Source of the DNA: Alphaproteobacteria bacterium casp-alpha2
GTDB taxonomy: Bacteria; Pseudomonadota; Alphaproteobacteria; Rhodospirillales; Casp-alpha2
Assembly (NCBI GenBank): GCA_001510075.1
Contig: LFEN01000034.1
Coordinates: 354 to 64,353, forward strand
Reading direction: 5' to 3'
Length of the DNA: 64,000 nucleotides
The notes beneath the pieces were generated by a model that was not told where the DNA came from, searched no databases, and was given only the letters and a program-made list of their open reading frames with translations. Both the position numbers and the translations under genes were made by a program. Shown piece after piece: positions 53,536 to 63,937 of the stretch (positions are counted from its first letter, which is position 1; the number at the start of each line of letters is the position of its first letter).

Positions 53536-54924
53536 ATGACGACCAAGGCCGCCCACATTAACGACGATCTGATCGAAGCCCTCAGGGGCATCGTCGGGGA
53601 TCGTTTGTCCTTGGCCGAGGCGGTGCGTGAACAGCATGGCAGGGACGAGTCCTACCACGATGCCTTTCCCCCCGATGTCGTCGTTTACCCGGAGACCACC
53701 GATGAGGTCAGCGACATCGTCAAGCTGTGCGCGGCCCGGGATGTCCCGGTCATTCCCTATGGCACCGGGACCTCGCTGGAAGGCCACGTGGCGGCCCTGA
53801 AAGGCGGCGTTTGCATTGATCTCATGCGCCTGGACCGGATTATCAGCGTCAATCCGGAAGACATGGACGTCACCGTCGAGGCCGGCGTCACCCGCAAGAA
53901 ACTGAATGAAGACCTGCGCGATACGGGATTGTTTTTCCCCATCGACCCCGGCGCCGACGCGTCCATCGGCGGCATGACGGCGACGCGGGCGTCGGGTACC
54001 AATGCCGTGCGCTATGGCACGATGCGCGAAAACGTCCTCGCCATGACCGTGGTTATGGCCGACGGACGCATTATCCGGACCAGCCGCCGGGCCCGGAAAT
54101 CGTCTGCGGGGTACGATTTGACAAGGCTGTTCGTCGGCTCGGAGGGGACGTTGGGCGTGATTACGGAAATCACGCTTCGCCTTTATGGTATTCCGGAAGC
54201 CGTATCGTCGGCCGTTTGCTCGTTCCCGGATCTGGAGGCGGCGATCGAGACGGTGATTTCGACCATTCATGCCGGCGTTCCCGTGGCCCGGATTGAACTG
54301 CTGGACGATGTGCAGATGGACGCCATCAACAAATATTCCAAGATGGACTTCCCGGTGTTGCCGACGTTGTTTTTTGAATTTCACGGTTCCAAAAACGGCG
54401 TCGTCGAGCAAGTGGAAACAGTTGAAGCCCTGGCCACCGATGTCGGCGCCAGCGATTTTCAATGGGCGGTCAAACAGGAAGACCGTAACCGGCTGTGGCA
54501 GGCCCGCCATGATTCCCTTTACGCCTGTATGGCCCTGAAACCAGGGTCAAAGGGCATGGCGACGGATGTCTGCGTGCCGATATCGCGCCTTGCCGAATGT
54601 ATTCTCGAAACCCGCAAAGATATTGAAGAGACGGGGTTGCTGGCGCCGATCGTGGGCCATGTGGGGGATGGTAATTTCCATGTCATTTTGCTGATCGATA
54701 CCGAGGACAAGGACGATCTTGAAATCTGCAAGGCCTTCAACGAACGCCTGGTGATGCGGGCGCTGGCCATGGACGGAACCTGCACCGGCGAGCACGGCAT
54801 CGGCTACGGCAAGATGGATTTTCTTGTCGCCGAGCACGGCGAAGCCGTCAGCGTCATGCGGGCGGTGAAAATGGCCCTGGATCCCCAAAACATCATGAAC
54901 CCCGGTAAAATCGTTCGCGTATGA
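53536..54924 (+). CDS. FAD-linked oxidase, D-lactate dehydrogenase (cytochrome)-like GlcD paralogue
   Basis: Contains VVYPETTDEVSDIVKLCAARDVPVIPYGTGTSLEG and a C-terminal GEHGIGYGK. Confidence 0.8.
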   Translation: MTTKAAHINDDLIEALRGIVGDRLSLAEAVREQHGRDESYHDAFPPDVVVYPETTDEVSDIVKLCAARDVPVIPYGTGTSLEGHVAALKGGVCIDLMRLDRIISVNPEDMDVTVEAGVTRKKLNEDLRDTGLFFPIDPGADASIGGMTATRASGTNAVRYGTMRENVLAMTVVMADGRIIRTSRRARKSSAGYDLTRLFVGSEGTLGVITEITLRLYGIPEAVSSAVCSFPDLEAAIETVISTIHAGVPVARIELLDDVQMDAINKYSKMDFPVLPTLFFEFHGSKNGVVEQVETVEALATDVGASDFQWAVKQEDRNRLWQARHDSLYACMALKPGSKGMATDVCVPISRLAECILETRKDIEETGLLAPIVGHVGDGNFHVILLIDTEDKDDLEICKAFNERLVMRALAMDGTCTGEHGIGYGKMDFLVAEHGEAVSVMRAVKMALDPQNIMNPGKIVRV

Positions 54925-56204
54925 ACCCTGACCCCCTGAATAATCCGGAAAAGGTCTTGCGTGACCTGTTCGGTGTCGCCGTCGCCGCCGCCGACCCGGC
55001 CAAGTGCGTGCCGGTGCATCTGGATGGACTGGTGCCGGACGACCCAAAAAAAACCGGGGGCCGCATCGTCGTCGTCGGCGCCGGCAAGGCGTCCGCCGCC
55101 ATGGCCCGCGCGGTGGAAGACTATTGGCCGGAGCGGGAACTTAGCGGGTTGGTGGTCACCCGATACGGCTGTGCCGTCCCCTGTGATCGCATTGAAATCG
55201 TCGAAGCCGCGCACCCGGTTCCCGACGCCGCCGGGTTGCGGGCAGCGGAACGGATTTTAGAAATCGCCAAAGATCTCGGTCCCGATGATCTGTTGTTGTG
55301 TCTGATTTCCGGCGGCGGTTCGGCGTTGCTGTCGTTGCCGGGCGAAGGCTTGGCGCTGGAGGACAAGCAGGCGGTGAATACGGCGCTGTTGCGTTCCGGG
55401 GCGACCATCGGCGACATGAACTGTGTACGCAAGCACCTGTCGGGGATCAAGGGTGGGCGGCTGGCCGCCGCCGCGGCCCCGGCCCGCGTCGTCAGCCTGT
55501 TGATTTCCGACGTTCCCGGTGACGACCCGGGCGTGATCGCGTCGGGACCGACCGTGCCGGATGAAACGACGTTGCAGGATGCCCGCGCCATCATCGAAAA
55601 ATTCGCTATCGAATTGCCCGACCGGGTTTCCGCCTATTTGCAAAACCCCGATGCGGAAACGCCGAAGCCGGGCGACGCCGTATTTGAGACGACGCAAACG
55701 CGGCTTGTCGCCCGCCCCCTGGAAAGCCTGGAGGCGGCAGCGGAAGCGGCAAATGAACTTGGCCTGCATACGATTATTCTGGGCGACGCGCTTGAGGGGG
55801 AAGCCCGCGACGTAGCCAGGGATCAGGCCGCCCTGGCGCGCGCCTCCACCGAATTGCCGTGCCTGTTGCTGTCCGGCGGCGAGTTGACGGTAACGATTAA
55901 GGGTGACGGGCGTGGCGGTCCCAATACGGAATTTCTGTTGGCTCTGGCCACTGCCCTCGACGGGGCGGAAACCATCCACGCCATAGCATGTGATACAGAC
56001 GGCATCGATGGCAGTGAAGATAACGCCGGCGCCGTGATCGGCCCCGAAACCGTTGCGCGCGCCAAGGCGGCGGGGCTGGACCTTGTAGGTATGCTGGAAA
56101 ATAACGATGCGTATTCGTTTTTCGAGGCCCTGGATGATCTCGTTGTTTGCGGCCCGACGTTGACGAACGTCAATGATTTCAGGGCCATATTGGTGCTTCG
56201 CTGA
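54921..56204 (+). CDS. Glycerate 2-kinase / hydroxypyruvate reductase (DUF4147-MOFRL, TtuD type)
   Basis: Contains VVGAGKASAAMA, LISGGGSALL and GGELTV...GGPNTEF...DTDGIDG. ATGA overlap with the upstream gene. Confidence 0.8.
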   Translation: MNPDPLNNPEKVLRDLFGVAVAAADPAKCVPVHLDGLVPDDPKKTGGRIVVVGAGKASAAMARAVEDYWPERELSGLVVTRYGCAVPCDRIEIVEAAHPVPDAAGLRAAERILEIAKDLGPDDLLLCLISGGGSALLSLPGEGLALEDKQAVNTALLRSGATIGDMNCVRKHLSGIKGGRLAAAAAPARVVSLLISDVPGDDPGVIASGPTVPDETTLQDARAIIEKFAIELPDRVSAYLQNPDAETPKPGDAVFETTQTRLVARPLESLEAAAEAANELGLHTIILGDALEGEARDVARDQAALARASTELPCLLLSGGELTVTIKGDGRGGPNTEFLLALATALDGAETIHAIACDTDGIDGSEDNAGAVIGPETVARAKAAGLDLVGMLENNDAYSFFEALDDLVVCGPTLTNVNDFRAILVLR

Positions 56205-56341
56205 CGCATCAACACAATAGGTGCCGCCTGGGATTTCCCTCGTTTGCGCTCTCAGGAAGTGGACACTAATATCTTGTAGAATATTCATTCGACCGGACGG
56301 CGGCAAAACCCAGTTACCTAACCCCTGGGAGCGAAGGCACC

Positions 56342-59300
56342 TTGAAAAAAATAATATTGATCGTGGGCGGCGTTCTGGCGCTGCTTATTGCCGTTGTTCT
56401 GATCGGTCCCGGTATGGTCGACTGGAACCGATACAAGGCGGAAATCCAGGCCCAGGCCATGGCCGCCACCGGTCGCAACCTTACCATCAAGGGCGACATC
56501 AAGATATCCGTTCTGCCGGCCCCGGCCCTGATCGCTCACGACGTTACCCTGGCCAACATGAAGGGTGCCACGTCGGTCAACATGGTCGGCTTGAAACTGC
56601 TGGAAGTCCGCATCAATTTGGCGCCGTTGCTGGCCGGGCGGGTCGAGGTCAAACGGGTCAAGCTGGTAGAGCCGGTAATCGAGTTGGAAGTTCTTGCCGA
56701 CGGGCGTAACAACTGGACGTTTCAGCCGGGCCAACCCGGTGGCGGAAATACCGCGCCGGTGCCCTTAGCGAAAGGACAGGCGGCAAGCGATGCCGAACCC
56801 GCCCCAAAAACCCCACAAGAGACCGTGCAAGGGGCCGGGCGCATCGCCGTGGATAATTTCACCATTGAAAACGGCACCCTGATTTACCGGGATGCCAAGA
56901 ACGCAACCTTGGAACGGGTTGACGATATCAACGCCACCATTTCCGCGGCGTCGCTTGCCGGACCTTTTGAAAGTTCGGGTGCGCTCAGGGCGCGGGCCAT
57001 CCCGCTCAGCTATGCCGTCCATGTCGGTGAAATCATTCATGACCGCACCGTGCCCTTTAATCTCAAGCTCGGGGCAAAATCATCGGGCGGGCAGGTTCAG
57101 GTGTCCGGCACGCTGGTCGGCTTGGCAGATACGCCTAAAATCAAGGGCAAGCTGAAAGGTGAGGGGAAATCCCTGGCCGGGTTGTTGCAACCGGCGGCCG
57201 GCGGGGCTGCGCTGCCGGGCCTGTTGGACCAGGAATTCGGCTTTGACGGCACTGTCATCGCTACCGCCAAGGGCGGAGAAATAAAGGGATTGAATCTTCG
57301 TCTCGGCAAAGCCCAGGCGACGGGCGAGCTCAGCGTGAAAATGGGCAAAGAAGTGCAGGTCGCGGCAAGCCTGACGGCAAGCCGCATCGATCTGGATAAA
57401 TGGCTGGCTTTGCCGCCGGTAGGGGCGGAAAGCCCGGACGCGTCTTCTAAAGTGGCCAAGGCGAAAACCTCGGGCGACGGACAAGCGCCCAACGCCGCCG
57501 CCGCCCCTGATAACGTCACGCAAGTGCCGGCGGCAGAATTTCAGTTGCCCAGGGGGATCAATGTCTCGTTGGCGCTCAAGGCTAACGCCGTCACCTACCG
57601 GGGGGGCGTTATCAGAGAAGTGGTGGCGAACGCCGATCTGGCTAATGGTGAAGCGACGCTTTCTCAGTTGTCGGCGGTGTTTCCGGGCGGCTCCAACATG
57701 GCCATATTCGGGTTTGTCACCGCCCAGGACGGCAAGCCCCGGTTCGAGGGCGAAGTGGAATCCTCGGTCGGTGACCTACGCGCCGTTCTCAGTTGGCTGG
57801 GCCAAAACCTGGATGGCGTTAAGCCCGACAGGCTCCGGAAACTAACCCTCGCCACCCGCGTCGTGGCGGTGCCGGAACAACTGCAATTGACCGGACTGGA
57901 CGTGCAATTCGATTCTTCGCGCCTGACCGGTGGCATCGCCCTGGCCTTGTCCAAGCGGCTCAGTTTCGGCGCCGATTTGACCATTGACCGCCTGGACCTG
58001 GATGCCTATCTGCCCCAATCCTCGGCAAAGAAAAAGGCGGCGCCAAAGAAAAACCAAAAAACCGCCAAACCGGAAGCCGGCAGCGGCGACGAGAAACCGG
58101 CGAAAGCGAAAGACCCTTTGTCGGCGCTCAAGCTGGCGAGCGAGATCGACGCCAACCTCAAAATGGCGGTCAAGTCCCTGGTATTCCGGGGCGCACGGAT
58201 CAAGGACGTGACGATTGACGGCACCCTTTATGACGGTGGGTTGGAAATCCGCAAGCTGGGCGTTGCCCATATGGCCGGCGCATCGCTAGGCCTCAGCGGC
58301 GCGATCAAGGATTTTGCCGGCAGCCCAGAGGCCACGAATCTGGCCTTTAAGGCCCAAGTCGGCGACATGGGCGCGTTGCTAAGCGTCGCCGGGCTCGATC
58401 CGGCTCTGGCGCCCAAGGGGTTGGGTCCGGTCAAAGTTGCGGGCCGCATTGACGGCAACCTGCTGGCGCCGACGCTCAATCTGACGGCCACCGGCGCCGG
58501 CGCTACGGCCAAAATCAAAGGCCAGCTCGACGGCCTCGCCGTTATTCCCACGGCCAAGGGATTGAATGTGCGGCTGGATACGGCTGACGCGACGCGATTG
58601 CTGAAACTGGCCGGGATCGATGCCAAGGGGGCGGCAAAACAACTGGGGCCGTTGTCGGTTAACGCGACGATCGACGGCAATTTGCTGACCCCGTCTTTGG
58701 CGCTTGACCTGAAGGCGGCGGGCGGCACGGTTTCCGTCAAGGGGCCGCTGAATATGCTGCCGGTGGGCGATCTGGCGGACCTGGCCGTGACGGCCAATGT
58801 GCCCGATCTGGCGCGCTTGGCGCGGGCCCTTGGGACCGGCTACCGGCCGTCCGGCAAAATCGGCGGCCTTGCCCTGCAGGCGCGGCTCAAAGGCGGTGCC
58901 AAAGGGATGACGATCACCGGCATTACGGCCCAGATGGGCCCAACATCCGGCACCGTTGATGTGAACGGCGATGTGGTCGTCGGGTTGCAAGGCCCGCGCC
59001 CCGTCATCAAGGCAAATTTAATGGCCGGGGCGATCATCCTCGACCCCTTCCTGCCGGCGCAGAAATCGGCCTCCTTGTGGAATGGATTGAAAATCCTGCC
59101 CGCTGCCTTCGGCGCAGGATTGCTCAGCAACGAAGATGGGCCGCTCGTCCGCGCCGCGACGCGGCGGGGTGGGGCGGCAGAACGCTGGTCCCGCGATCCC
59201 ATCGACCTGTCGGGGTTGTCAGGCGTGGATGCGGAAATCACCTTAAAATCGCCGCTGGTGCAGTTGGAAGATTACAAGCTCAGCAACGCCGACCTGGTGG

Positions 59301-60199
59301 CGAAGTTGGCAGCGGGCAAGATCATCGCCGAAAAGCTGACGGGCCAGGTGTTCGGCGGCGCATTTCATGCCACCGGGTCGGCGACGGCGACCAACCGCCC
59401 CCGTATAGAGACAACCATTGCCCTTGAAAACATGAGCATCGGCCAGGCGACACAGGCCTTCACCGGAAAGTCGGTGGCGTCGGGACGCTTGGGGCTAAAG
59501 ACCCGGTTGCAAAGTTCCGGCAAAAATATTTACGACATGATCCGCGGGCTTTCGGGCAGCGGGTCATTGCGGCTCAAGGGCGTCGATGTCAAGCAGGGCA
59601 ACACGGGAACGGCGCTGGCCGGCGCCTTGGGGCTGGTCTCGGCCCTGGGCCAGTTCAGCAATGTGCTGGGCGGGGGTGCGTCGAAAGGCAGCGGGCTCGT
59701 CGATATTTCGGGTTCCTTCGACATCACCGGCGGCATCGCCCGCACCCAGGATGCGAAAGTGGTTTCCAGTGCCGGCAACGGCAGTGCGGCGGGGGCCATT
59801 GATTTGCCCCGCTGGCTGATCGACGTCAAAGGTCAGGTGCAATTGGAACAAAACCTGTTGACCTCGTTCCTGGCGGCGAAAAGCAAACGCAATATCACGT
59901 CTTCGGTGCCGTTTACCGTCAAGGGCCGCCTCGATGCGCCGACGATTAATCTCGATACCAGCAAAATCACCGGCGGCGGCCTGCCTGTCCCCGGCGCCGA
60001 TCGATTGCTCAAGAAACTGCCGAAGGGCGTCGGCGGTGTCTTGCAGGGAATTTTGGGCGGCGGTGCGCAGCAACAACAGCAACAGGGAACCAGCACGGGT
60101 GGGTCAACCGGAAGCGAGCCTCCACCACCACCACAGGAACAACAGCAACAACAAATCGATCCCGTGGACCTGCTGAAAGGGTTGTTCAAGCGGCGCTAG
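56342..60199 (+). CDS. AsmA-family large envelope protein (1285 aa)
   Basis: N-terminal anchor KKIILIVGGVLALLIAVVLIGPGMVDWNRYK plus an AsmA-like N-domain. The body is long, repetitive and beta-rich. AsmA_2-like C-terminus. TTG start. Confidence 0.8.
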   Translation: MKKIILIVGGVLALLIAVVLIGPGMVDWNRYKAEIQAQAMAATGRNLTIKGDIKISVLPAPALIAHDVTLANMKGATSVNMVGLKLLEVRINLAPLLAGRVEVKRVKLVEPVIELEVLADGRNNWTFQPGQPGGGNTAPVPLAKGQAASDAEPAPKTPQETVQGAGRIAVDNFTIENGTLIYRDAKNATLERVDDINATISAASLAGPFESSGALRARAIPLSYAVHVGEIIHDRTVPFNLKLGAKSSGGQVQVSGTLVGLADTPKIKGKLKGEGKSLAGLLQPAAGGAALPGLLDQEFGFDGTVIATAKGGEIKGLNLRLGKAQATGELSVKMGKEVQVAASLTASRIDLDKWLALPPVGAESPDASSKVAKAKTSGDGQAPNAAAAPDNVTQVPAAEFQLPRGINVSLALKANAVTYRGGVIREVVANADLANGEATLSQLSAVFPGGSNMAIFGFVTAQDGKPRFEGEVESSVGDLRAVLSWLGQNLDGVKPDRLRKLTLATRVVAVPEQLQLTGLDVQFDSSRLTGGIALALSKRLSFGADLTIDRLDLDAYLPQSSAKKKAAPKKNQKTAKPEAGSGDEKPAKAKDPLSALKLASEIDANLKMAVKSLVFRGARIKDVTIDGTLYDGGLEIRKLGVAHMAGASLGLSGAIKDFAGSPEATNLAFKAQVGDMGALLSVAGLDPALAPKGLGPVKVAGRIDGNLLAPTLNLTATGAGATAKIKGQLDGLAVIPTAKGLNVRLDTADATRLLKLAGIDAKGAAKQLGPLSVNATIDGNLLTPSLALDLKAAGGTVSVKGPLNMLPVGDLADLAVTANVPDLARLARALGTGYRPSGKIGGLALQARLKGGAKGMTITGITAQMGPTSGTVDVNGDVVVGLQGPRPVIKANLMAGAIILDPFLPAQKSASLWNGLKILPAAFGAGLLSNEDGPLVRAATRRGGAAERWSRDPIDLSGLSGVDAEITLKSPLVQLEDYKLSNADLVAKLAAGKIIAEKLTGQVFGGAFHATGSATATNRPRIETTIALENMSIGQATQAFTGKSVASGRLGLKTRLQSSGKNIYDMIRGLSGSGSLRLKGVDVKQGNTGTALAGALGLVSALGQFSNVLGGGASKGSGLVDISGSFDITGGIARTQDAKVVSSAGNGSAAGAIDLPRWLIDVKGQVQLEQNLLTSFLAAKSKRNITSSVPFTVKGRLDAPTINLDTSKITGGGLPVPGADRLLKKLPKGVGGVLQGILGGGAQQQQQQGTSTGGSTGSEPPPPPQEQQQQQIDPVDLLKGLFKRR

Positions 60200-60438
60200 C
60201 TGTTTGAGGTATTGCTCAGCACATATACCCGGATGGCGCTCGACAGATTGGCCGGCGTGTCGTCGGCGCGGGCAGCGTCGATTTCCGTGATCAGGGCGTT
60301 CAGCGACAGTCCCTTTGCCTCAGTGATTTCTTTCAATGCTTCCCAGAAGGCTTCTTCCAGGGAAACACTGGTCGCGTGGCCGGCGATCAAAACCGATCGT
60401 TTGCGGATTTTAAAATCGGCCACGGGCTTAAATCCCAC
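60196..60438 (-). CDS. Ribbon-helix-helix (RHH_4-type) small protein
   Basis: 80 aa. RSVLIAGHATSVSLEEAFWEALKEI...LSSAIRVYVL matches the RHH_4 pattern. Confidence 0.6.
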   Translation of the reverse strand: MGFKPVADFKIRKRSVLIAGHATSVSLEEAFWEALKEITEAKGLSLNALITEIDAARADDTPANLSSAIRVYVLSNTSNS

Positions 60439-61066
60439 CCGCCAACATCAACACCGCCATGACGATCAATATCCCGCCCGACAGACGATTGATGGCGCGC
60501 GTGATGGCGGGGTTGGCGACGAGGCGGCGGATGGCGTCGGCGGCCAGCGCCATCGGTGACTGCCAGAGGACGTTGATGAAGATGAGGATGGCCGACAGCG
60601 TCAGCAGTTGGGCGACAACGTCGGGTCGGGAAAAATCGACAAAATTGGGAAAAAGCGCCAGGAACAACAAAATGACCTTGGGGTTCAAGAGATTGCACAG
60701 CGTTGCCTCTTTTAGGGCCTGTCCGATTACCGCCCCCGCTTTGCCGTCTTCGCCGGTTTCAACCCGAAGCCCGCCGCCGCCCCGGATGCTTTGAAAGCCT
60801 AACCACGCCAGATAGGCCGCGCCCAGCACGGTGATGGTCCTGAGCAGCACCGGCGACGAGGCGATGACGAGGGAAATCCCGGCGACGGCCAACAGGGTAT
60901 GAACGAGCAGACCCATTTGCACGCCTCCCACCGCCGCCAATCCGGCGCCGCGCCCGGCGTTGATGGAATGGCGCAGGATGACAAGCGTATCGGGCCCCGG
61001 CGAAATGATGATGGCCGTCGCGGCGATGACGAAGGGTCCGAGGACGGCGGGCTCGATAGGAAACAT
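60428..61066 (-). CDS. LysE/RhtB-family amino-acid exporter
   Basis: Start at MFPIEPAVLGPFVIAATAIIISPGPD (the PGP motif of the LysE family). 212 aa, 6 TM. The track extension to 61291 was rejected. Confidence 0.8.
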   Translation of the reverse strand: MFPIEPAVLGPFVIAATAIIISPGPDTLVILRHSINAGRGAGLAAVGGVQMGLLVHTLLAVAGISLVIASSPVLLRTITVLGAAYLAWLGFQSIRGGGGLRVETGEDGKAGAVIGQALKEATLCNLLNPKVILLFLALFPNFVDFSRPDVVAQLLTLSAILIFINVLWQSPMALAADAIRRLVANPAITRAINRLSGGILIVMAVLMLAGGI

Positions 61067-61098
61067 GAATGGGTTCCTTGCTGGTTGCCGCCCCGGTT

Positions 61099-61722
61099 TT
61101 AAAGCCCCTTTAGGAATCCCGCAATGGTTTGCATGGCGTCCTGCCAGTGGCCCTGCTCGGTCAAGCCCGACGCCTTGCGGGGCTTGAAGCCGTGATCGCC
61201 GTCTTCGAGCCAGTGAAAGCGGATGTTGGCGGACAACGTATAGGTTCCGGCGTCGTCCGCGCTGCCGAGCGTATCGCGCGTGCCCTGGCAAAAAAGTGCC
61301 GGCGTCTTGAGGTGTTCAAGATGCGCCAATCGCTCCCGGTTCACCGGCTTTCCCGGCCCGTGGAAGGGATAGCCAAGGCAGACCAATCCCCGAACGCCCA
61401 TGTCGTCGGCGACCATGGACGCGATGCGGCCGCCCATGGATTTGCCGCCGATGACCAGATTTTCCGGCCCCAGTTCCCCGATCACGGCCCTCCAGGTATC
61501 GAGCAAAATCGGCGCACGGTCGGGCGGTCGTTTGCGGCCGGTCTCGCGCCGCGTCACCATGTAGGGAAATTCAAACCGCGCCGCCCGGTATCCTGCCACC
61601 GCCAGCCCTTCGGCAAATGCGGTCATGAACGGGCTGTCCATCATCGCGCCCGCACCGTGGGCCAGCGCAATGGTCAGCGGCGCGTCGTCTGCCCCGTTGA
61701 ACAGAATTTCAGGCGTTGTCAT
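61099..61722 (-). CDS. Alpha/beta hydrolase (KANL3/Tex30-like dienelactone-hydrolase fold)
   Basis: Contains LAHGAGAMMDSPFM, IGGKSMGGR (nucleophile elbow GxSxG) and DHGF. Start set at MTTPEILF. Confidence 0.7.
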   Translation of the reverse strand: MTTPEILFNGADDAPLTIALAHGAGAMMDSPFMTAFAEGLAVAGYRAARFEFPYMVTRRETGRKRPPDRAPILLDTWRAVIGELGPENLVIGGKSMGGRIASMVADDMGVRGLVCLGYPFHGPGKPVNRERLAHLEHLKTPALFCQGTRDTLGSADDAGTYTLSANIRFHWLEDGDHGFKPRKASGLTEQGHWQDAMQTIAGFLKGL

Positions 61723-61732
61723 TATCCGGGCG

Positions 61733-63367
61733 TTAGCCGTTATGAATGGGGGCAGCGAATTTGGCGTAGAAGTCGTTGCCCTTGTCGTCGACAATGATGA
61801 AAGCAGGGAAGTTTACGACATCGATCTTCCAGATCGCTTCCATGCCCAGTTCCTCGTATTCGACGACCTCGACCTTTTTGATGCAGTCCTGGGCCAGGCG
61901 CGCCGCCGGGCCGCCGATGGAGCCGAGGTAAAAGCCGCCGTGTTTCTTGCAGGCTTCGCTCACGGCCTTCGAGCGGTTGCCCTTGGCCAGCATGATCATG
62001 GAACCGCCGGCTGCCTGGAATTGATCGACGTAGGAATCCATGCGCCCCGCCGTCGTCGGCCCGAAGGAACCCGACGCCATGCCTTTCGGTGTTTTCGCCG
62101 GGCCGGCGTAATAGACGGCGTGGTCCTTGAAATACTGCGGCAGGCCCTGGCCGGCGTCGAGGCGCTCTTTCAGTTTGGCGTGCGCGATGTCGCGGGCGAC
62201 GATCAGCGACCCGGTCAGGCTAAGCCGCGTTTTTACCGGGTGCCTGGACAGTTCCGCCAGGATTTCCGCCATCGGTCGTTGCAAGTCGATCTCGACGACA
62301 TCGCCGCCGAGATGATCGTCGGTGACATTCGGCAGGTATTTCGACGGGTCGGTTTCCAGTTGCTCCAGGAACACGCCCTCGGCGGTAATCTTGCCAAGAA
62401 TTTGTCTATCCGCCGAGCACGAAACGCCGATGCCGACGGGGCACGATGCGCCGTGCCGTGGCAGGCGGATGACGCGCACGTCGTGACAGAAATACTTGCC
62501 GCCGAACTGTGCGCCGATGCCGAAGCTCTGGGTCAGGGAATGAATTTTTTCTTCCCATTCCCGGTCGCGGAAGGCCTGGCCGTATTCGTTGCCTTTTTCC
62601 GGCAGGCCGTCGAGGTAATGGCAACTGGCGAGCTTCACCGTTTTCAGGTTCATCTCGGCGGAAGTGCCGCCGATGACCACGGCCAGATGATAGGGCGGGC
62701 AGGCCGCAGTGCCGAGCGTGCGGATCTTCTCGTCCATGAATTTGCTCAGGCTTTCCGGGTTCAGCAATGCCTTGGTTTCCTGATACAAAAAGCTCTTGTT
62801 GGCCGAGCCGCCGCCCTTGGCAATGAACAAAAACTTATAGGCGTCGCCTTCATCTGCGTAGATATCGATCTGCGCCGGCAGGTTGTTGGCGGTATTGGTT
62901 TCCAAAAACAGGTCGATCGGCGCCACCTGGCTGTAACGCAGGTTGGTTTCGGTGAAGGTTTTGAGCACGCCTTCGGAAATCGCCGCTTCGTCGCCGCCGC
63001 CGGTCGTCCACACGTTGCCGCCTTTCTTGCCCATGATGATGGCGGTGCCGGTGTCCTGGCACATGGGCAGCACACCGCCGGCGGCGATGTTGGCGTTCTT
63101 TAGCAAATCCATGGCGACAAAGCGGTCGTTGTCGGATGCTTCCGCATCGCCGAGGATCGCCGCCACCTGGGCCAGGTGTTCGGGCCTGAGCAAGTGGGAA
63201 ACGTCCTTGAAGGCTTCCGCCGTCAGCAGGGTCAGGGCTTTCGGGTCGACTTTGAGCACGCGCTGGCCGTCAAATTCCGCTACCTCGACGAAATCGGATG
63301 TCAGTTTGCGATAGGGAGTCTTTGCCTCGCCCAGTTCGAATATTTGGTGATGGATGTAATCGCTCAT
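61733..63367 (-). CDS. fumA: Class-I (Fe-S) fumarate hydratase, single-chain FumA/FumB type
   Basis: 544 aa. Contains CQDTGTAII and GPTTAGRMD. Both alpha and beta domains are in one chain. Confidence 0.9.
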   Translation of the reverse strand: MSDYIHHQIFELGEAKTPYRKLTSDFVEVAEFDGQRVLKVDPKALTLLTAEAFKDVSHLLRPEHLAQVAAILGDAEASDNDRFVAMDLLKNANIAAGGVLPMCQDTGTAIIMGKKGGNVWTTGGGDEAAISEGVLKTFTETNLRYSQVAPIDLFLETNTANNLPAQIDIYADEGDAYKFLFIAKGGGSANKSFLYQETKALLNPESLSKFMDEKIRTLGTAACPPYHLAVVIGGTSAEMNLKTVKLASCHYLDGLPEKGNEYGQAFRDREWEEKIHSLTQSFGIGAQFGGKYFCHDVRVIRLPRHGASCPVGIGVSCSADRQILGKITAEGVFLEQLETDPSKYLPNVTDDHLGGDVVEIDLQRPMAEILAELSRHPVKTRLSLTGSLIVARDIAHAKLKERLDAGQGLPQYFKDHAVYYAGPAKTPKGMASGSFGPTTAGRMDSYVDQFQAAGGSMIMLAKGNRSKAVSEACKKHGGFYLGSIGGPAARLAQDCIKKVEVVEYEELGMEAIWKIDVVNFPAFIIVDDKGNDFYAKFAAPIHNG

Positions 63368-63406
63368 GCGCCTTCTCCTCAAGAGAACGGTATCGGAAGG
63401 GCCGTT

Positions 63407-63937
63407 TTATTTTTTGCGGAAAGCATCCAGCGCGATGACTTCGCCCGTTCCCTTGGCCTTCTTTTTGCCTGGTGTCCCTGATGCCCCGGGGGGCATATTC
63501 GCGTCCTGCGCCGGGGTGGCGGTCCCGGCTTCAAAATTTTGCGCCTGGGTCGCGTCGAATTCCATATCGCCTTCCGGCTCGCCGCTCATTTTCAATTGCA
63601 GGCCGAAGTTTACGGACGGGTCGGCGAAGCTGAGCACGGCACCAAAAGGAATGCGCAGCCGTTCCGGGTTGCCGTTAAAGCGAAGGGTCACCCACATGGC
63701 GTCTTCGTTGACGACCAGCTCCTCGAACTGGTGCTGCAAAACGATGGTCAGCTCTTCCGGGTTTTCGGCCTTGAGGTAGGCCGGCACTTCGATGCCGTCG
63801 GCGTCGGTACGAAACGTGATGTAGAAGTGGTGTTCGCCGGGCAGGCCGTTCTCGGCGGCAAAATCCAGGGTGCGCCGGATGACGCTGCGTAGCGCATCCT
63901 CGATCCAAGTGTCATACCGAAGAGGATCGTCAGTCAT
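63407..63937 (-). CDS. sspB: ClpXP adaptor SspB (alphaproteobacterial type)
   Basis: The pattern LRYDTWIEDALRSVIRRTL...HHFYITFRT...VLQHQFEELVV..., followed by an acidic linker and a C-terminal basic tail (IALDAFRKK), is typical of the ClpX-binding tail. Confidence 0.75.
   Translation of the reverse strand: MTDDPLRYDTWIEDALRSVIRRTLDFAAENGLPGEHHFYITFRTDADGIEVPAYLKAENPEELTIVLQHQFEELVVNEDAMWVTLRFNGNPERLRIPFGAVLSFADPSVNFGLQLKMSGEPEGDMEFDATQAQNFEAGTATPAQDANMPPGASGTPGKKKAKGTGEVIALDAFRKK

Noticed and set aside
61625-63103. 492-aa plus-strand ORF opposite fumA
   Set aside because: It is a shadow ORF; the minus-strand product is an unmistakable class-I fumarase.
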